Part shown: positions 13,565-25,518 of the stretch, one piece after another
Numbering within the stretch: position 1 is the stretch's first letter
Layout: every line of letters begins with the position of its first letter
DNA from: Octopus vulgaris
Lineage: Eukaryota
Assembly: GCA_951406725.2 (NCBI GenBank)
Contig: OX597828.1
Span: 75,144,001 to 75,208,000 of the forward strand
Direction of reading: 5' to 3'
Length of the DNA: 64,000 nt
Position numbers and translations under genes: made by a program
The notes under the pieces: generated by a model
The model's database searches: none
What the model saw: only the letters and a program-made list of their open reading frames with translations
Told to the model about the DNA's origin: nothing

Positions 13565-13974
13565 CTATCTGTATGTATGTGTTTATGTCCGTCTGTCTGT
13601 TTGTGAAATTTTTCTTTCCCAGTCTTTCTCTTCTCACTTATTCTCTGGAAATTATTCCATTCTACACAAGTCTATCTCACCATCTCCCTCTGCATCCCCC
13701 CCCCACCAATTATTCTCTACCATTGATTAAACACAACGCCCAGTTAACTACAAAACGTGAAGCATCTGCTTTAATCTTTACCAAAGACTAATTCTTTCCG
13801 AAATCTTTTAATGAAATGTTCCTGCCATAGATTCCCACAATTGCTTTCACTAACACAAATTTACGCCATTCATTTCATTCATTTCCTTCCTTCCTTCCTT
13901 TTCTTTTTCTTTTCTTCTTTCTGTCACATTATTTCCCATTTTTTAAAAATTTCATCTTCATTTGCTTCTCTTCT

Positions 13975-14132
13975 ATCATCATCGTTGATATCGTTGTCAT
14001 CATCATCATCGTCCTCTTCATCATCATCATCATCGTCGTCATCATCATGATATCCTCCTCTATCATGGCCACCATAATCTTCATCATCCCCACCGCTATC
14101 ATTAATGCTTTCATCATCACTGTCATCGTTGC

Positions 14133-14163
<31 letters not shown>

Positions 14164-14245
14164 GTCATTATCACTGCCATTGCCATCATGATTGCAATGA
14201 TCACCACCATCATCACTGTCATCATCATGACCATGATCATCATCT
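13975..14245. repeat. Degenerate (CAT)n tract
   Basis: Directly visible. Confidence 0.9.
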
Positions 14246-14349
14246 CATTCTTTCCTCCTCCTCCTCTTCTTCTTCCTCAGAATTTGTTCAACAGAAATCT
14301 GAAGTTGTGAATCAAGAAGACGAGAGTTCACATCCACATCCAGGCACCC

Positions 14350-14790
14350 AACAAGCTTTTCCTACGTGGTCGAATGACCTGTTAGAAACAGCAGCCAAAC
14401 AAATGGAATCACATATTACCAGAGCAAAAAGAAAAAGAAAAAGAATTTGGATAATAAAATCTTTTAAATATCCGGAAAAAAATAGCAGATCATTTCAGTT
14501 GGGACATCTTTTTGCTTGAACAGGTTTGACCCGGGGTTAAACAAAAGCACCATTGACAGGATGTGAACAGTGAGTTGTAGGTATAAATCTGTTGTTCAGC
14601 TCCAGATGAACTTTGATCAACAACGGTCCAATTGTGACCTTCTCATCTTTTTTACATGTGCTTAGAATCTTGTGCTACATTATTAAATATGTCTTTTTTT
14701 TTTTGTTATTAAGATGGTGGAATATGAATTGGAAGAAATTTTGGCTGTTATTTTCAGTCAGTCAAGTTAACATATAGAGGCTTTTTCATT
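14350..14790. mobile_element. Two inverted copies of interspersed repeat family D
   Basis: Plus copy tagaaacagcagccaaa...gacccggggttaaacaa, then minus copy with ttggctgttatttt. Related copies at about 3640-3835, 20900-21000, 36930-37130, 37670-37870, 53480-53670 and 55300-55560. Confidence 0.65.
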
Positions 14791-14899
14791 CACTGGATGA
14801 CAGAAGGTTGCTTGAAGTAGGTAATAATAACCATAGTAACATTACCAGCCGCAGCACCATCACCACCACCAGCAACAACAACAACAGCAGCAACAGCAG

Positions 14900-15257
14900 T
14901 GGAGGCCCAATGGCCCAGTCGTTAGGACAGCGGACTTGCGGTCGGAGGATCACGGTTTCGATTCCCAGACCGGGTGTTGTGTGTGTTTATTGAGCGAAAA
15001 CACCTAAAGTTCCATGAGTCTCCAGCAGGGGATGGTGGCGACCCTTGTTTTACTCTTTCCCCCCAACTTTCTCTCACTCTTTCTTTCTGTTTCTTGTCTC
15101 CGACTTCCTACGCGACCGCTGAACCTAAATGCGCATTCATCCATCCGTCGATGCTCTCGGTGTCGGGGGTTGACCTGCTTTCTCTTCTGCGGGTCTTACG
15201 AATAGCAAAGGACCACGTTTCGGACTTCTCCCACTCTGGGATGAAGACCGCTTCGCT
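14900..15257 (+). mobile_element. tRNA-derived SINE family C
   Basis: A box-like tggcccagtcg and B box-like ggtttcgattccc; head and gagcgaaaacacctaaa shared with 42930-43155; flanked by (AAC/AGC)n. Confidence 0.8.
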
Positions 15258-15429
15258 CAACAGCAACAGCAGCAGCAACAAACACAAAAACATCCCCAAC
15301 AGTACCTTAAACATCCTGGGTCGAAGTCTTGAAGTAATTCAATGCCTGGAGCTACATGTACCAACACTGTCAAAGTTTCATAATTTGGAACCTGGACAAA
15401 ATCATAATTCTGGAATCTATATCTATATA

Positions 15430-15645
15430 TATGGTGATTCAAAAGTCTCCATGTATCAACGACAACAGGTATCACCAGGTGTGCTATTACAAGTTCACAA
15501 CGAGTGAAGTAAACGTATTGTAATGTTTATTCAAAACAAAGGTAAACATATTGAGCCTGTTAAATAAAAAAAAAAACTTTTTATAAACTGTTTTCTTATA
15601 AAAAAATAAATTGTTCCCATGTATGGCGACTTTTGAATCACCCTG
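15430..15645. mobile_element. Tc1/mariner-type MITE
   Basis: TIRs ..ggtgattcaaaagtctccat / atggcgacttttgaatcaccctg, followed by TA. Confidence 0.85.
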
Positions 15646-15811
15646 TATATATACATAATGGCCAACAGCCTTGTCAGAAACCAAATGCAGTGGAACCATG
15701 TCAATAACCAGGTCGTATTTGGTGCCATGGAATTTTGTTACCAAATAATAAGTGTTTAAGTGAAGTTAACAATCTGGGTGTGATTTTGAATAACTAATAT
15801 GTATTTTTGAC

Positions 15812-15975
15812 GCTTTCACTTTATACACGCCAGCTCAATTTGAATCGTCCTCAGTCGAAAGACACCTGTTGTTATATTCTTGTTGTTTGTATTTGTAATT
15901 GTGTACCATGTTCTCCGTTTTTTGTCATTGTTGTGGACACATTCGCTAGCTTTCTTACAAAACAATCTAATGCTA
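15812..15975 (+). repeat. 164 bp dispersed repeat, copy 1
   Basis: Matches 18851-19014 with two substitutions. Confidence 0.9.
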
Positions 15976-16029
15976 TTACATTATCTCAGATCAAATCACA
16001 GACCAAAATTCTTCTAAAGTACCCCTCCT

Positions 16030-16438
16030 GGTGCTGGATTAACTATTAAGCAATATAAGCACGTACTTAGGGCATCAAGAGAATTGGGGGCACCAAAGAA
16101 ATGGTAAATGGTTTATGGTACAAAAGAAATCCCTTTAAACTTGCTAAAATAATAAATAGTGTAGAAGCAGATGTGTTATGTAAAATTAATTTTGAGGATC
16201 TAATCAAAGACTTAGCAATTAAAAAAAGTTAGAAAAAACTTTTCAAATATAAATAAAGGAGGATACAAAAGAAAGAAAATCATTATTTTCTATCCTAATG
16301 TCCGTTTTGTTTCATTTTGAAAAAATAAAAATTTATTTTATGGTTTATTATTGTTTGTGTTTTGAATTACATATATATAGGGACACCAAAATCTTTCAAG
16401 TGTCTAGGGTTTGTCTCTGTGGGTTTTAATCTGCACCC
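16030..16438 (+). mobile_element. Internally deleted hAT-type element
   Basis: Ends gtgctggattaa / ttaatctgcac; internal peptide SVEADVLCKINFEDLIKDLAIKK (about 16158-16226) resembles the hAT C-terminal dimerisation domain. Confidence 0.65.
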
Positions 16439-16519
16439 CTACCAAAAAGAAATGTGAAATATCATCATATTCTTGTAGATAACCCTGCCCGCCTAAAACA
16501 TTCCAGACAGCTTAATCCA

Positions 16520-16934
16520 TATGTACACTATTTACATTCGACGGATATTTGTCCTCATCTTGTTTTGTTGTTAACACATTTCAGCTGACATACTCTCCAG
16601 TCTTCTTCAGGAGTCTTGGGGAAATTTCGAACCTGGGTTCTCATTCCTAAGGTATTTTTTTGATGTTGTTATTATTATATGGGCATATAGCATATTGGCA
16701 TATGGCATAGTGGTTAAGAGCGCAGGCTACCAACCCCAAGATTCTGAGTTCGATTCCAGGCAGTGACCTGAATAATGATTAATAACAACAACATCCAAAA
16801 ATACCTTAGGAATGAGAACCTAGGTTCGAAATTTCCCCAAGACACCTGATGAAGGCTGGAAGGTATATCAGCTGAAACGTTGTGTTAGCAACAAACAAGG
16901 TGAGGACAAATATCCATCAAATGTAATGTACATA
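16520..16934 (+). mobile_element. tRNA-like head + hammerhead-bearing tail with an upstream inverted tail copy
   Basis: Inverted arms about 16520-16676 and 16780-16934; A box tggcatagtgg 16703-16713; B box gttcgattcc 16748-16757; hammerhead motif 16841-16886. Confidence 0.8.
16841..16886 (+). ncRNA. Minimal type I hammerhead ribozyme motif
   Basis: gacac-CTGATGA-A-ggctgg/tcagct-GAAA-CGTT-gtgtt; palindromic AACGTT in place of stem III; GUU cleavage triplet. Confidence 0.75.
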
Positions 16935-17377
16935 ATTCCTCATCTCTTAAATATAGAATTGTATTAGGTTAATCCTTGATATCAATATTCTGAATAAATC
17001 TCCCTTCCAAAGTACAACATATATTGAGGCCGCTACATCGTGGCCACCACATCGCTCACAGAGAAAATCACGATGGAATCAACAACAAAAATATTCCACG
17101 TTTACCATTCTAAGACACAAAGACCACAGCAGTCTTCGACTTCATTCTTTGTTATGTTCGTCCTTCAACGGAATGTATTCACTATCACATGTCAAATACA
17201 CACACACACACACACATGATTGGGGTAATTCAAATGTCCCTTTGGCACGAATATAAATCTGCTAACAATAGAGGACAATTGAGATCATTCAGTTTTTTAA
17301 TATGTCTTACGATTTTTCCCTCACACCTCCTATCTTTTCCCCCATCCTTCTCTCATAGTATATATATATATATATAT

Positions 17378-17641
17378 TTCGTTTTTGTATTTGGTTTGCA
17401 AGATTCTTTATGTGAATTCGTGTGTTGAAGCATTTTTTTAATGTGTCTAGGAAGAGTCATTCTCTTTTAGTACCTTATTACTTAACACACTCACCGGTTC
17501 GATTTCCACTCATTTGCTTATTTATTTTTACTAAAATCTTCTTTGCCCCTGCAACGAATATTTTAGTAAAAATAAATAAATGAGTGGAAATCGAACCGGT
17601 GAGTGTGTTAAGTAATAAGGTACTAAAAGAGGATGACTCTT
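17378..17641. repeat. TA-adjacent element ending in a fold-back of about 90 bp arms (17452-17641)
   Basis: aagagtcattctcttttagtaccttattacttaacacactcaccggttcgatttccactcattt pairs with aaatgagtggaaatcgaaccggtgagtgtgttaagtaataaggtactaaaagaggatgactctt; loop about 4 nt. Confidence 0.9.
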
Positions 17642-18422
17642 AACAGACACAATAATACACACACACACACACACACACACACAGATATATATTTATATAT
17701 ACATATGTATACACACACACGCACGCATATATATATAAAATGTTCACCAATTGTGATATATATATATATATATATAAATAAATCTAATGAAAAAGGAATC
17801 AACCAGAGCGTATAAACACAGACAGGTGTTATTAGATGAAGAAAGGAGGCATAAAAAGGAAACAAAACATATGACCACCACTACCGATGGCATATAAATC
17901 GTTCACCATCGCTATCGTCATTATCACCATCTTCCGCATTACCACCACCACCTGTAAAACAATCATTATCGTTTCATAGAACCCACCTCCGCCGCCGCCG
18001 CATTGCCACTACTGCTGCCCCCACCCCCCCGCCGCTGCTATCCCCTACAACCCCCACCACAGGCGCAACACTGCGGCCGCCACCACCTCTTTACTTTTCT
18101 CTTCCTTTCCCCCCTGCACCACCGTCACCACCACCATCGACTTAGGTATCATAACACCACAGCAAACAACCAATAATGAAATAAAAACGAACGAACATAT
18201 AAAAAATAGAAATGATTATTGATATTGTAGGAAGCACACACACACACACACACAAAAAGAAAACAGCACAGACAGCAATAACAACAAGAACAACATGCAA
18301 GTCTGAGACAAACTGTAATCACAGAGAATACAGCCTACAACTAACATGGCATCATGGAGTGAATTGAAATCAATAAAGGAAAACAAACGTTCACGCACAA
18401 CATATAGAAGGACACGAATCGC

Positions 18423-18464
<42 letters not shown>

Positions 18465-18544
18465 CATACATACGTACATACATACACACAAACTGTTTAT
18501 TGCCTCACAAACACATTTACATGCAAAATGTATTCGCATATATA

Positions 18545-18575
<31 letters not shown>

Positions 18576-18623
18576 ATCCACATGCACGCACACATCAGTA
18601 CAACCCATTATATATATATATAT

Positions 18624-19225
18624 TTCTTTATTTGTGAATTAAGGATACCGTTGGTTCCATGTTAAGAAAAGTAGGAAAATAGCTGTCTTAACAATTTTCC
18701 AAGCCAATCACATGGAGAAAGGTGTTCACCTATTTCACAAATAAAGAAGTTGCATATCCACCAATGCGGTGTTGAGCACTCATTTCTTTCTTGCCTTGAC
18801 TACCGACCGCCAACACCTCTTATGTCCATCTCCTATTTTCCTGCCTTTAGGCTTTCACTTTATACACGCCAGCTCAATTTGAATCGTCCTCAGTCGAAAG
18901 ACACCTGTTGTTATATTCTTGTTGTTTGTATTTGTAATTGTGTACCATGTTCTCCGTTTTTTGTCTTTGTTGTGGACACATTCGCTAGCTTTCTTACGAA
19001 ACAATCTAATGCTACTAGCTTAGACATTTTTGAGGGCAACCAAATCGAAGTCTCAAGTGTAACTGCCCGAAACTGTAAGGACATCCGGAAACCTGACTGA
19101 CGAAAGAAGGCCACGAACGACCCGTCCTTTCTGTTTTCTGTCCCTCTAATTGTTTTTCCTGTCCGCCATCGTATTGTCTATCTGTCCCGTTGTTTTCTTG
19201 TCTTCTGTTGCTTTTTTGTTGCATT
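18624..19225 (+). mobile_element. Composite of repeat fragments between microsatellites (short IR, 164 bp repeat copy 2, truncated hammerhead)
   Basis: IR 18624-18638/18734-18748; 18851-19014 duplicates 15812-15975; gggca/tgccc-GAAA-CTGTA at 19034-19077. Confidence 0.55.
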
Positions 19226-19296
19226 ATATACATACATACATACACACATACATACATACACACACACATACATAATACATATAATAAAAATAATAA

Positions 19297-19577
19297 TGTT
19301 CGTCCTTTGGGTTCGAAGATGACCATTGACATCATTTGGTGGAATTGCTGCTATGAGACCGGAGGTGGCTGGTGAGGCCAATCCGGGCAAGAAAGCCCCT
19401 CCCACAGGTGGGGCAGAAGTGGGTAGGGGCTGCGCTATTGGTGCAGGTGGCTCTGGCTTTCCGCATCTGGCGTTTCTGTTCTGCTGACTGAATCCGTCTC
19501 TCCTCGGCTGACTTTGCTCCTGTGGTGATTGCGCTGCGCCAGGATGAGCGGTCGGCAGCAAGTGTCTCCCAAGTCAT
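19297..19577 (-). mobile_element. 3' end of an RTE-clade LINE (5'-truncated)
   Basis: WETLAADRSSWR...CPTCGRGFLARIGLTSHLRSH is a typical RTE C-terminus with a C2H2 finger; short 3' UTR then (ATT)n. Confidence 0.9.
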
Positions 19578-19595
19578 AATTAATTAATACATACA

Positions 19596-19629
<34 letters not shown>

Positions 19630-19684
19630 CACACATACATACATATATTAGTATTCATGAGAATAATTTTTTTTAAACATATTA

Positions 19685-20449
19685 GTTTCAAATTTTGGCA
19701 GGAGAGGCGTTAAGTCGATTTACATCGATCCCTCCAGTGCTCAAACTGGAACTTATTTTATCGACCCCGAAAGAATGAAAAGTAAAGTCAACCTCGGCGG
19801 AATTTGAAATCGAAATGGTAAAGACGGACGAGATGCCGCTAAAACTTTTGTCCGGCATGCAAACGATTCTTTTCTTTTCTTCTCTAGGCACAAGGCCCGA
19901 AATTTTTGGGTGGCAGTCGATTACATCGATCCCAGTGCGTAACTGGTACTTAATTTATCGATCCCGAAAGGACGAAAGGCAAAGTCGACCTCGGCGGAAT
20001 TTGAACTCAGAACGTAGCGGCAAACGAAATACCTATTTCTTTATTACCCACAAGGGGCTAAACACAGAGGGGACAACCAAGGACAGACATAGGTATTAAG
20101 TCGATTACATCGACCCCAGTGCGTAACTGGTACTTATTTCATCGAGCCCGAAAAGATGAAAGGCAAAGTCGACCTCGGCGGAATTTGAACTCAGAACGTA
20201 GCGGCAGATGAAATACCTAATTCTTTATTACCCACAAGGGGCTAAACACAGAGGGGACAAACAAGGACAGACATAGGTATTAAGTCGATTACATCGACCC
20301 CAGTGCGTAACTGGTACTTAATTTATCGACCCCGAAAGGACGAAAGGCAAAGTCGACCTCGGCGGAATTTGAACTCAGAACGTAGCGGCAAACGAAATAC
20401 CGCTAAGCATTTCGCCCGGCGTGCTCACGATTCTGCCAGTTCGCTGCCT
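19685..20449 (-). mobile_element. SINE family A: one monomer plus a tandem trimer (184 bp period)
   Basis: gtcgattacatcga at 19916, 20100 and 20284; units nearly identical. Core gcctttcatcctttcggggtcgataaa resembles the Meta/MESC SINE domain. Confidence 0.9.
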
Positions 20450-21257
20450 ATCTTCTTTCAAACATTAAAATCACGACCGTGTTTCGAATTCTCTATGAAG
20501 CAATAGTTTTATTATATTATGCCAGTTTAGTTTTATTTTTATCTGTTATATATCAATTAGTAATTATATATTAACTGTGTTACTATAGTTTAGTGCAGTT
20601 ATACATCACGCTGTATGATGGTAGGTGTGTCTCGTTTAGACCTTTGTGAGATTTAATAGCAGTTTTAGGGTTACTTCACCTTAAATTGCATCGTACTGAT
20701 TTATGAATGTCACAGACACATTGCAAATTATGGTCTTAGATACACTATGCTGTCAGAAAGATTAAGGCAGAATGGTCTCGGCTGGAAGGCTGTTGACCAG
20801 TGTTCTTGCTTGATGTGTCTGTCACGGGGAATAACAACAACAGCAATAACAATGATGACGCCACAACCTTCGAAGCACACCCGGCCAGCCATCGTTTTGA
20901 AAAAGAGAGAAAAAGAAGAGAAGGTCGCAATTGGAATGTCTTTTAATCATAGGCCTGCTTGGTCAGAACTGACCTTGGGTTAAACAGCAGTAACAACAGT
21001 AACAAGAAAAGAAAAATCTCAGTATTGTTGATGTTGTTTGTTGTCTAAAACACGATCTTGCTGTCTGTGTAGTGAGGAGGACGGCGGTTTCAAGTGCTGA
21101 CCGTCTTCACTATTTAACGTGAAACATGTTCAGTCTGTGATAAAGAGCGGAAGGAAAAAACAGTTCACGCAGGAACACACACACACACACACACACGTAT
21201 GCAGACACACGAACATACATGCAAATATAAACACTTTTATCCACATGATCGCTTTGG

Positions 21258-21398
<141 letters not shown>

Positions 21399-22320
21399 GT
21401 GCACACACACGCCCACATTTTAATATAATCCGGGAAAAATTGTGATATGTGTAATAAAATATGTTCCATCCATCTTCTGTCATATATATATATACACAAT
21501 ATATACATATATATACATACGTATATACATTATCCGGGATTCGATTTGATATATAGCAGTTCGCACCTGAAGGAAAGGCAGATTGCATCATAAATTATGA
21601 AGTAATTTATTCTCATAATATGGATTTTTTTCTGCTTTGAAGACAGGCGTAGAGTATAACTGCACTTATCCATTCCTTTATTTTATATATAGAATTATAT
21701 TTTCCACATATATAATACATAAATGCAAATGGTTTTTGCTAGTTCCACAAGCACAGATATCCTTAATATAATTCCAAACCAGGATCAGCGTGACTTTGCG
21801 TAACAACACCAAACCTTTAAATTACAGGCTGTCAGTATAAGGCGATTCAACAGTTTTACTCGCACTGCTTGGATCAGCCTAAAGCTAGAGTATAAAAGAT
21901 ATTTGCTTAAGATGTCACGCACAGAAAGTGAACTTAGGACCTAGCATTGCAACCACCTATCCACATAGCTAAATATTGGAGACAAAGAAAGTGTTTCTGT
22001 GATATATTTGGTAAGGTGGTTATTAAACACTCCATGTTTGGAAACACAAAGTCAGGATAGTGACAGCTGAAGAGCTTTTTGATCATAGTTCCGGTCAATC
22101 AGAACTGACCCGGTGTGGAACATTGGAGAGTAATAGAGGCGTTAGAAAGCTGGGTCAACTTGGAGGAATAACAGAACTGGTAGAGAGTGGTATAACGTAT
22201 TCTCTGGCATACAAATCGAAGTTTACAGGGAAACATTTAAAATGAGACAGAGGTAGGTCGACATATAGGTGCAAACGACTTTTGGAATCCCAAAATTCTA
22301 TGTGAAATTCAGGAGGATTT

Positions 22321-22367
<47 letters not shown>

Positions 22368-23342
22368 GTGTGTGTGTGTGTGTGAGAGACGATGTTTGAA
22401 TGTCTACACTGTATGATTACACCATTATACCACATGGTATTGTATGCCAGAAAATTTGGTGAAAAGAGTAGCTGAGGCGTTACCAAGCTGGAACAACTTG
22501 GAAGAATAGCAGAAATGGTAGAAAGATGGACTGAACTCGAGGAATAGCAGAAATGATAGCAAGCTGGACTAATGTAGAGGAGGTGTAGAATTGGCAGAGA
22601 TCTGAATTAACATTTTTTGCAGTATTTAGTTACGTTTTATATGTCCCTGACTTCAAATCTTGCCGAAGTGAAGATTTGATTTTAATACCTCTCTAGCTGT
22701 CGTTATAAATTGCTGTTATTATACCTTATATCCTAAAATTCTTGTGTTCTTATTCGAATATAAAGAATGGCAAAACTACTGCGGAGTCTGTTTCGTTAAA
22801 AATAAAATAAAGAATTACTCAAATAACAATAACAACAACAGAAAAGCGAAAAAAAAAAAAATGCCAAATTCTCCAAGAATATGCAAATATTCAAATTTAC
22901 AAAGATTCCATCTCATCCATTGCAAAAATGGGGAAATAAACTTAGAAAGAAAGCACTAAAGACAAAATTATGCAATGGAGAAAAGAGCTACATGAAGTAG
23001 TTTTGTTTGGGAGAGAATTCTTAGAAACATCGTTAAAATTGAGACTGTTTGGATATTGAGGAATAAATTGTTAAATTAACTTTAATGTTAAGACTAATGT
23101 TATGACTTTAAAGTTAAAACTGAAATATCAAGACAAAATATAAGACTGTGATATTAAGAAACTAAGATTAAGACTGATTTAGTACTGCAATATTAAGACT
23201 AATGTTCATCTTATATTAAGGACGTCATACGTGTAATGTTAAGACTAAAATTTTGAAACTACTGTTATTGTTATGCTAAGATTGTAGTATAAAAAAACTA
23301 ATGTTAAAAGTAAGTTGTTACTGTAGTATGAAGACTAATATG

Positions 23343-23703
23343 AAGGCGGCGAGCTGGCAGAATGGTTAGCACGTTCGGAGTTCAAATTCAGCCGAGGTCG
23401 ACTTTGCCTTTCATCCTTTCGGGGTCGATAAATAAAGTACGAGTTACGCACTGGGGTCGATATAATCAACTTAATCCGTTTGACTGTCCTTGTTTGTCCT
23501 CTCTGTGTTTAGCCCCTTGTGGGTAGTAAAGAAATAGGTATTTCGTCTGTCGCTACGTTCTGAGTTCAAATTCCACCGAGGTCGACATTGCCGGTCATCC
23601 TTTCGCGGTCGATAAAATAAGTACCAGTTACGCACTGGCGTTGATCTAATCGACTAGCCCCCTCTTCTAAAATTTCGAGCATTGTGCCTAGAGTAGAAAA
23701 AGA
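23343..23703 (+). mobile_element. SINE family A dimer
   Basis: aaggcggcgagctggcagaa head; two gagttcaaatt...gaggtcgac cores joined by the tgtccttgtttgtc...gaaataggt linker. Confidence 0.9.
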
Positions 23704-23850
23704 ATATTAAGACTAAGATGTCAAGACTTTAAGGTTAAGATTGTGTTGATAAGATTTTTTAATGTAAAGATCTTACTGTCAAGACTGTTGATCTTAAGAC
23801 TGTTATAATGTAATGTTAAATCGTAAAGTTAATTTCAAGACTGTAATATT

Positions 23851-24062
23851 CTTTTCTATTCTAGGTACAAGGCCCGAAATTTTTGGGGAGGGGGCCAGTC
23901 GATTAGATTGACCCAGTACGCAACTAGTACTTAATTTATCGACCTCGAAAGGATAAAAGGCAAAGTCGATCTCGGCGGAATTTGAACTCAGAGCGTAAAG
24001 ACAGACGAAGTACCGCTAAGTATTTCGCCCGGCGGGTCAACGTTTCTGCCTGCTCGCTGCCT
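23851..24062 (-). mobile_element. SINE family A monomer with TSD
   Basis: Full-length copy; gactgtaatatt is present on both flanks. Confidence 0.9.
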
Positions 24063-24385
24063 TTTTAGGACTGTAATATTAATCAAGGTTAGGATTGTGA
24101 TATTAAAACAAGTAATGTTAAAAATAATACTAAGACCGAAAATTATAAGAGTGGAGCGCCGGACTAGTTGCTTCGTAGTGTTTAGTTTTGTCTTGTTACG
24201 TTTCCATTTGGAAATTCACCAGGGTTTGTCTTTTTTACCTTTTATTGCTCTGAACAGGATTGATTCTAACAAATATATCCCTAAATTTACAAAGGTGTGG
24301 CTTTATGGTGAATGTAAGAAAGTACCGCAGGAACTGTAAGACATGACGACGTGGTAGGACTGGTAGAACATTGGCTATAATGCCT

Positions 24386-24750
24386 TATTACCTTCGCCTT
24401 AGCGAAGGCGGAGGTATTGTTTTCAGTTGTATTTGTTTGTCCGTCGACAACATATCTCAAGAACCGTTGGGTGGATTCGGATGAAACTTTCAGAGATGTT
24501 TGGCCTCGTGACTGGTACGAACCGAATAGATTTTGGGATCGATCCGGCACCGGTCAAGGATTCTAGATTATTTTTCCTGTTTTTTTTTTTATTTATTTAA
24601 CTTTTGAGAGTGGTTGGGTTCATTTTTAGTATTCTCGTTTGTGAGAGCAGTCGAGTTTATTTCAGATGTTCTCATTTTGAAAATCATCTCCTGCTAACCG
24701 TTGCGAGGTGTTACCTAGGCGGAGGTTTGCGCTCTCTGAGTGCCCTTGTT
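24386..24750 (+). mobile_element. Helentron-associated non-autonomous element (HINE/DINE-1-like)
   Basis: 5' accttcgcc (24390) with inverted ggcggaggt at 24407 and 24718; 3' hairpin gcgctc-tct-gagtgc; TT at the ends. Confidence 0.75.
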
Positions 24751-25109
24751 ATACTTGTTCCAGCTTTTAACGTTCAGAGGTCAAATTCCACCGAGTCCAA
24801 ATTTGCCTTACATTTTTGTGGAGTCAGTAAAATACGAGTCAACTATTGAAATCAATATCTACGACTGTTCTTTTCCCTCAAATTATTTGGCTCTCTAACT
24901 TTGTCAGGAATCATCATTATTATTGTTCTTTAGAATGTTATATTTATTGTTGTTTTTAGTAATTTATTTATCAAATATTGTCATTATTAATCTTAGACTT
25001 TTATTCATGTAACGCCCCCCACCCTCCCCTACTCTTGTCTTGCTGTTTTCTTTTCCAGTTCGACGTTGTAATAACTCCAATGTATTGGGTCTTCGCAGCC
25101 AATTACAGA

Positions 25110-25142
<33 letters not shown>

Positions 25143-25518
25143 TATTATTATTATTATTGAGGGGGTGGGAGGAAGAATAGGTAACGCATCGGAAAAACCC
25201 TTGCAGTTTTCACTTATTTCTTACTTTAATATTCATAATTAAATTTTCACAATAAATGTAATTACATTTTCCCCGTTTATTTAATAAAGAAAAAAATGTT
25301 TATTAGATTACATTTAATACAACGCAGCATTCAAATATATAGCAACAGGCTCCCTATTCGTTGACTATAGCGTCCCTTAAAATACATGTCCTTATAAATT
25401 ATAGTTATTACTAAGTGGTAAGGTGGAAGAAAACTGTGGAAAACTAGGGTAGGTGGCTTACAGTACTTCATAGAGTCCTAGGTTCAAATATTGCAGGGTT
25501 GGTGTTAACCTTTACATA

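Larger units (their letters stand above)
23020..24140. repeat. Degenerate (ttaagact...) short-period satellite interrupted by two SINEs
   Basis: aagact-type motif recurs many times at short intervals. Confidence 0.7.

Noticed and set aside
14974-15507. 177 aa ORF
   Set aside because: Crosses a SINE, a trinucleotide repeat and a MITE; no recognisable domain
16697-16768. Functional tRNA gene
   Set aside because: A and B boxes are present, but the acceptor and T stems pair poorly and there is no terminator; treated as a tRNA-derived head
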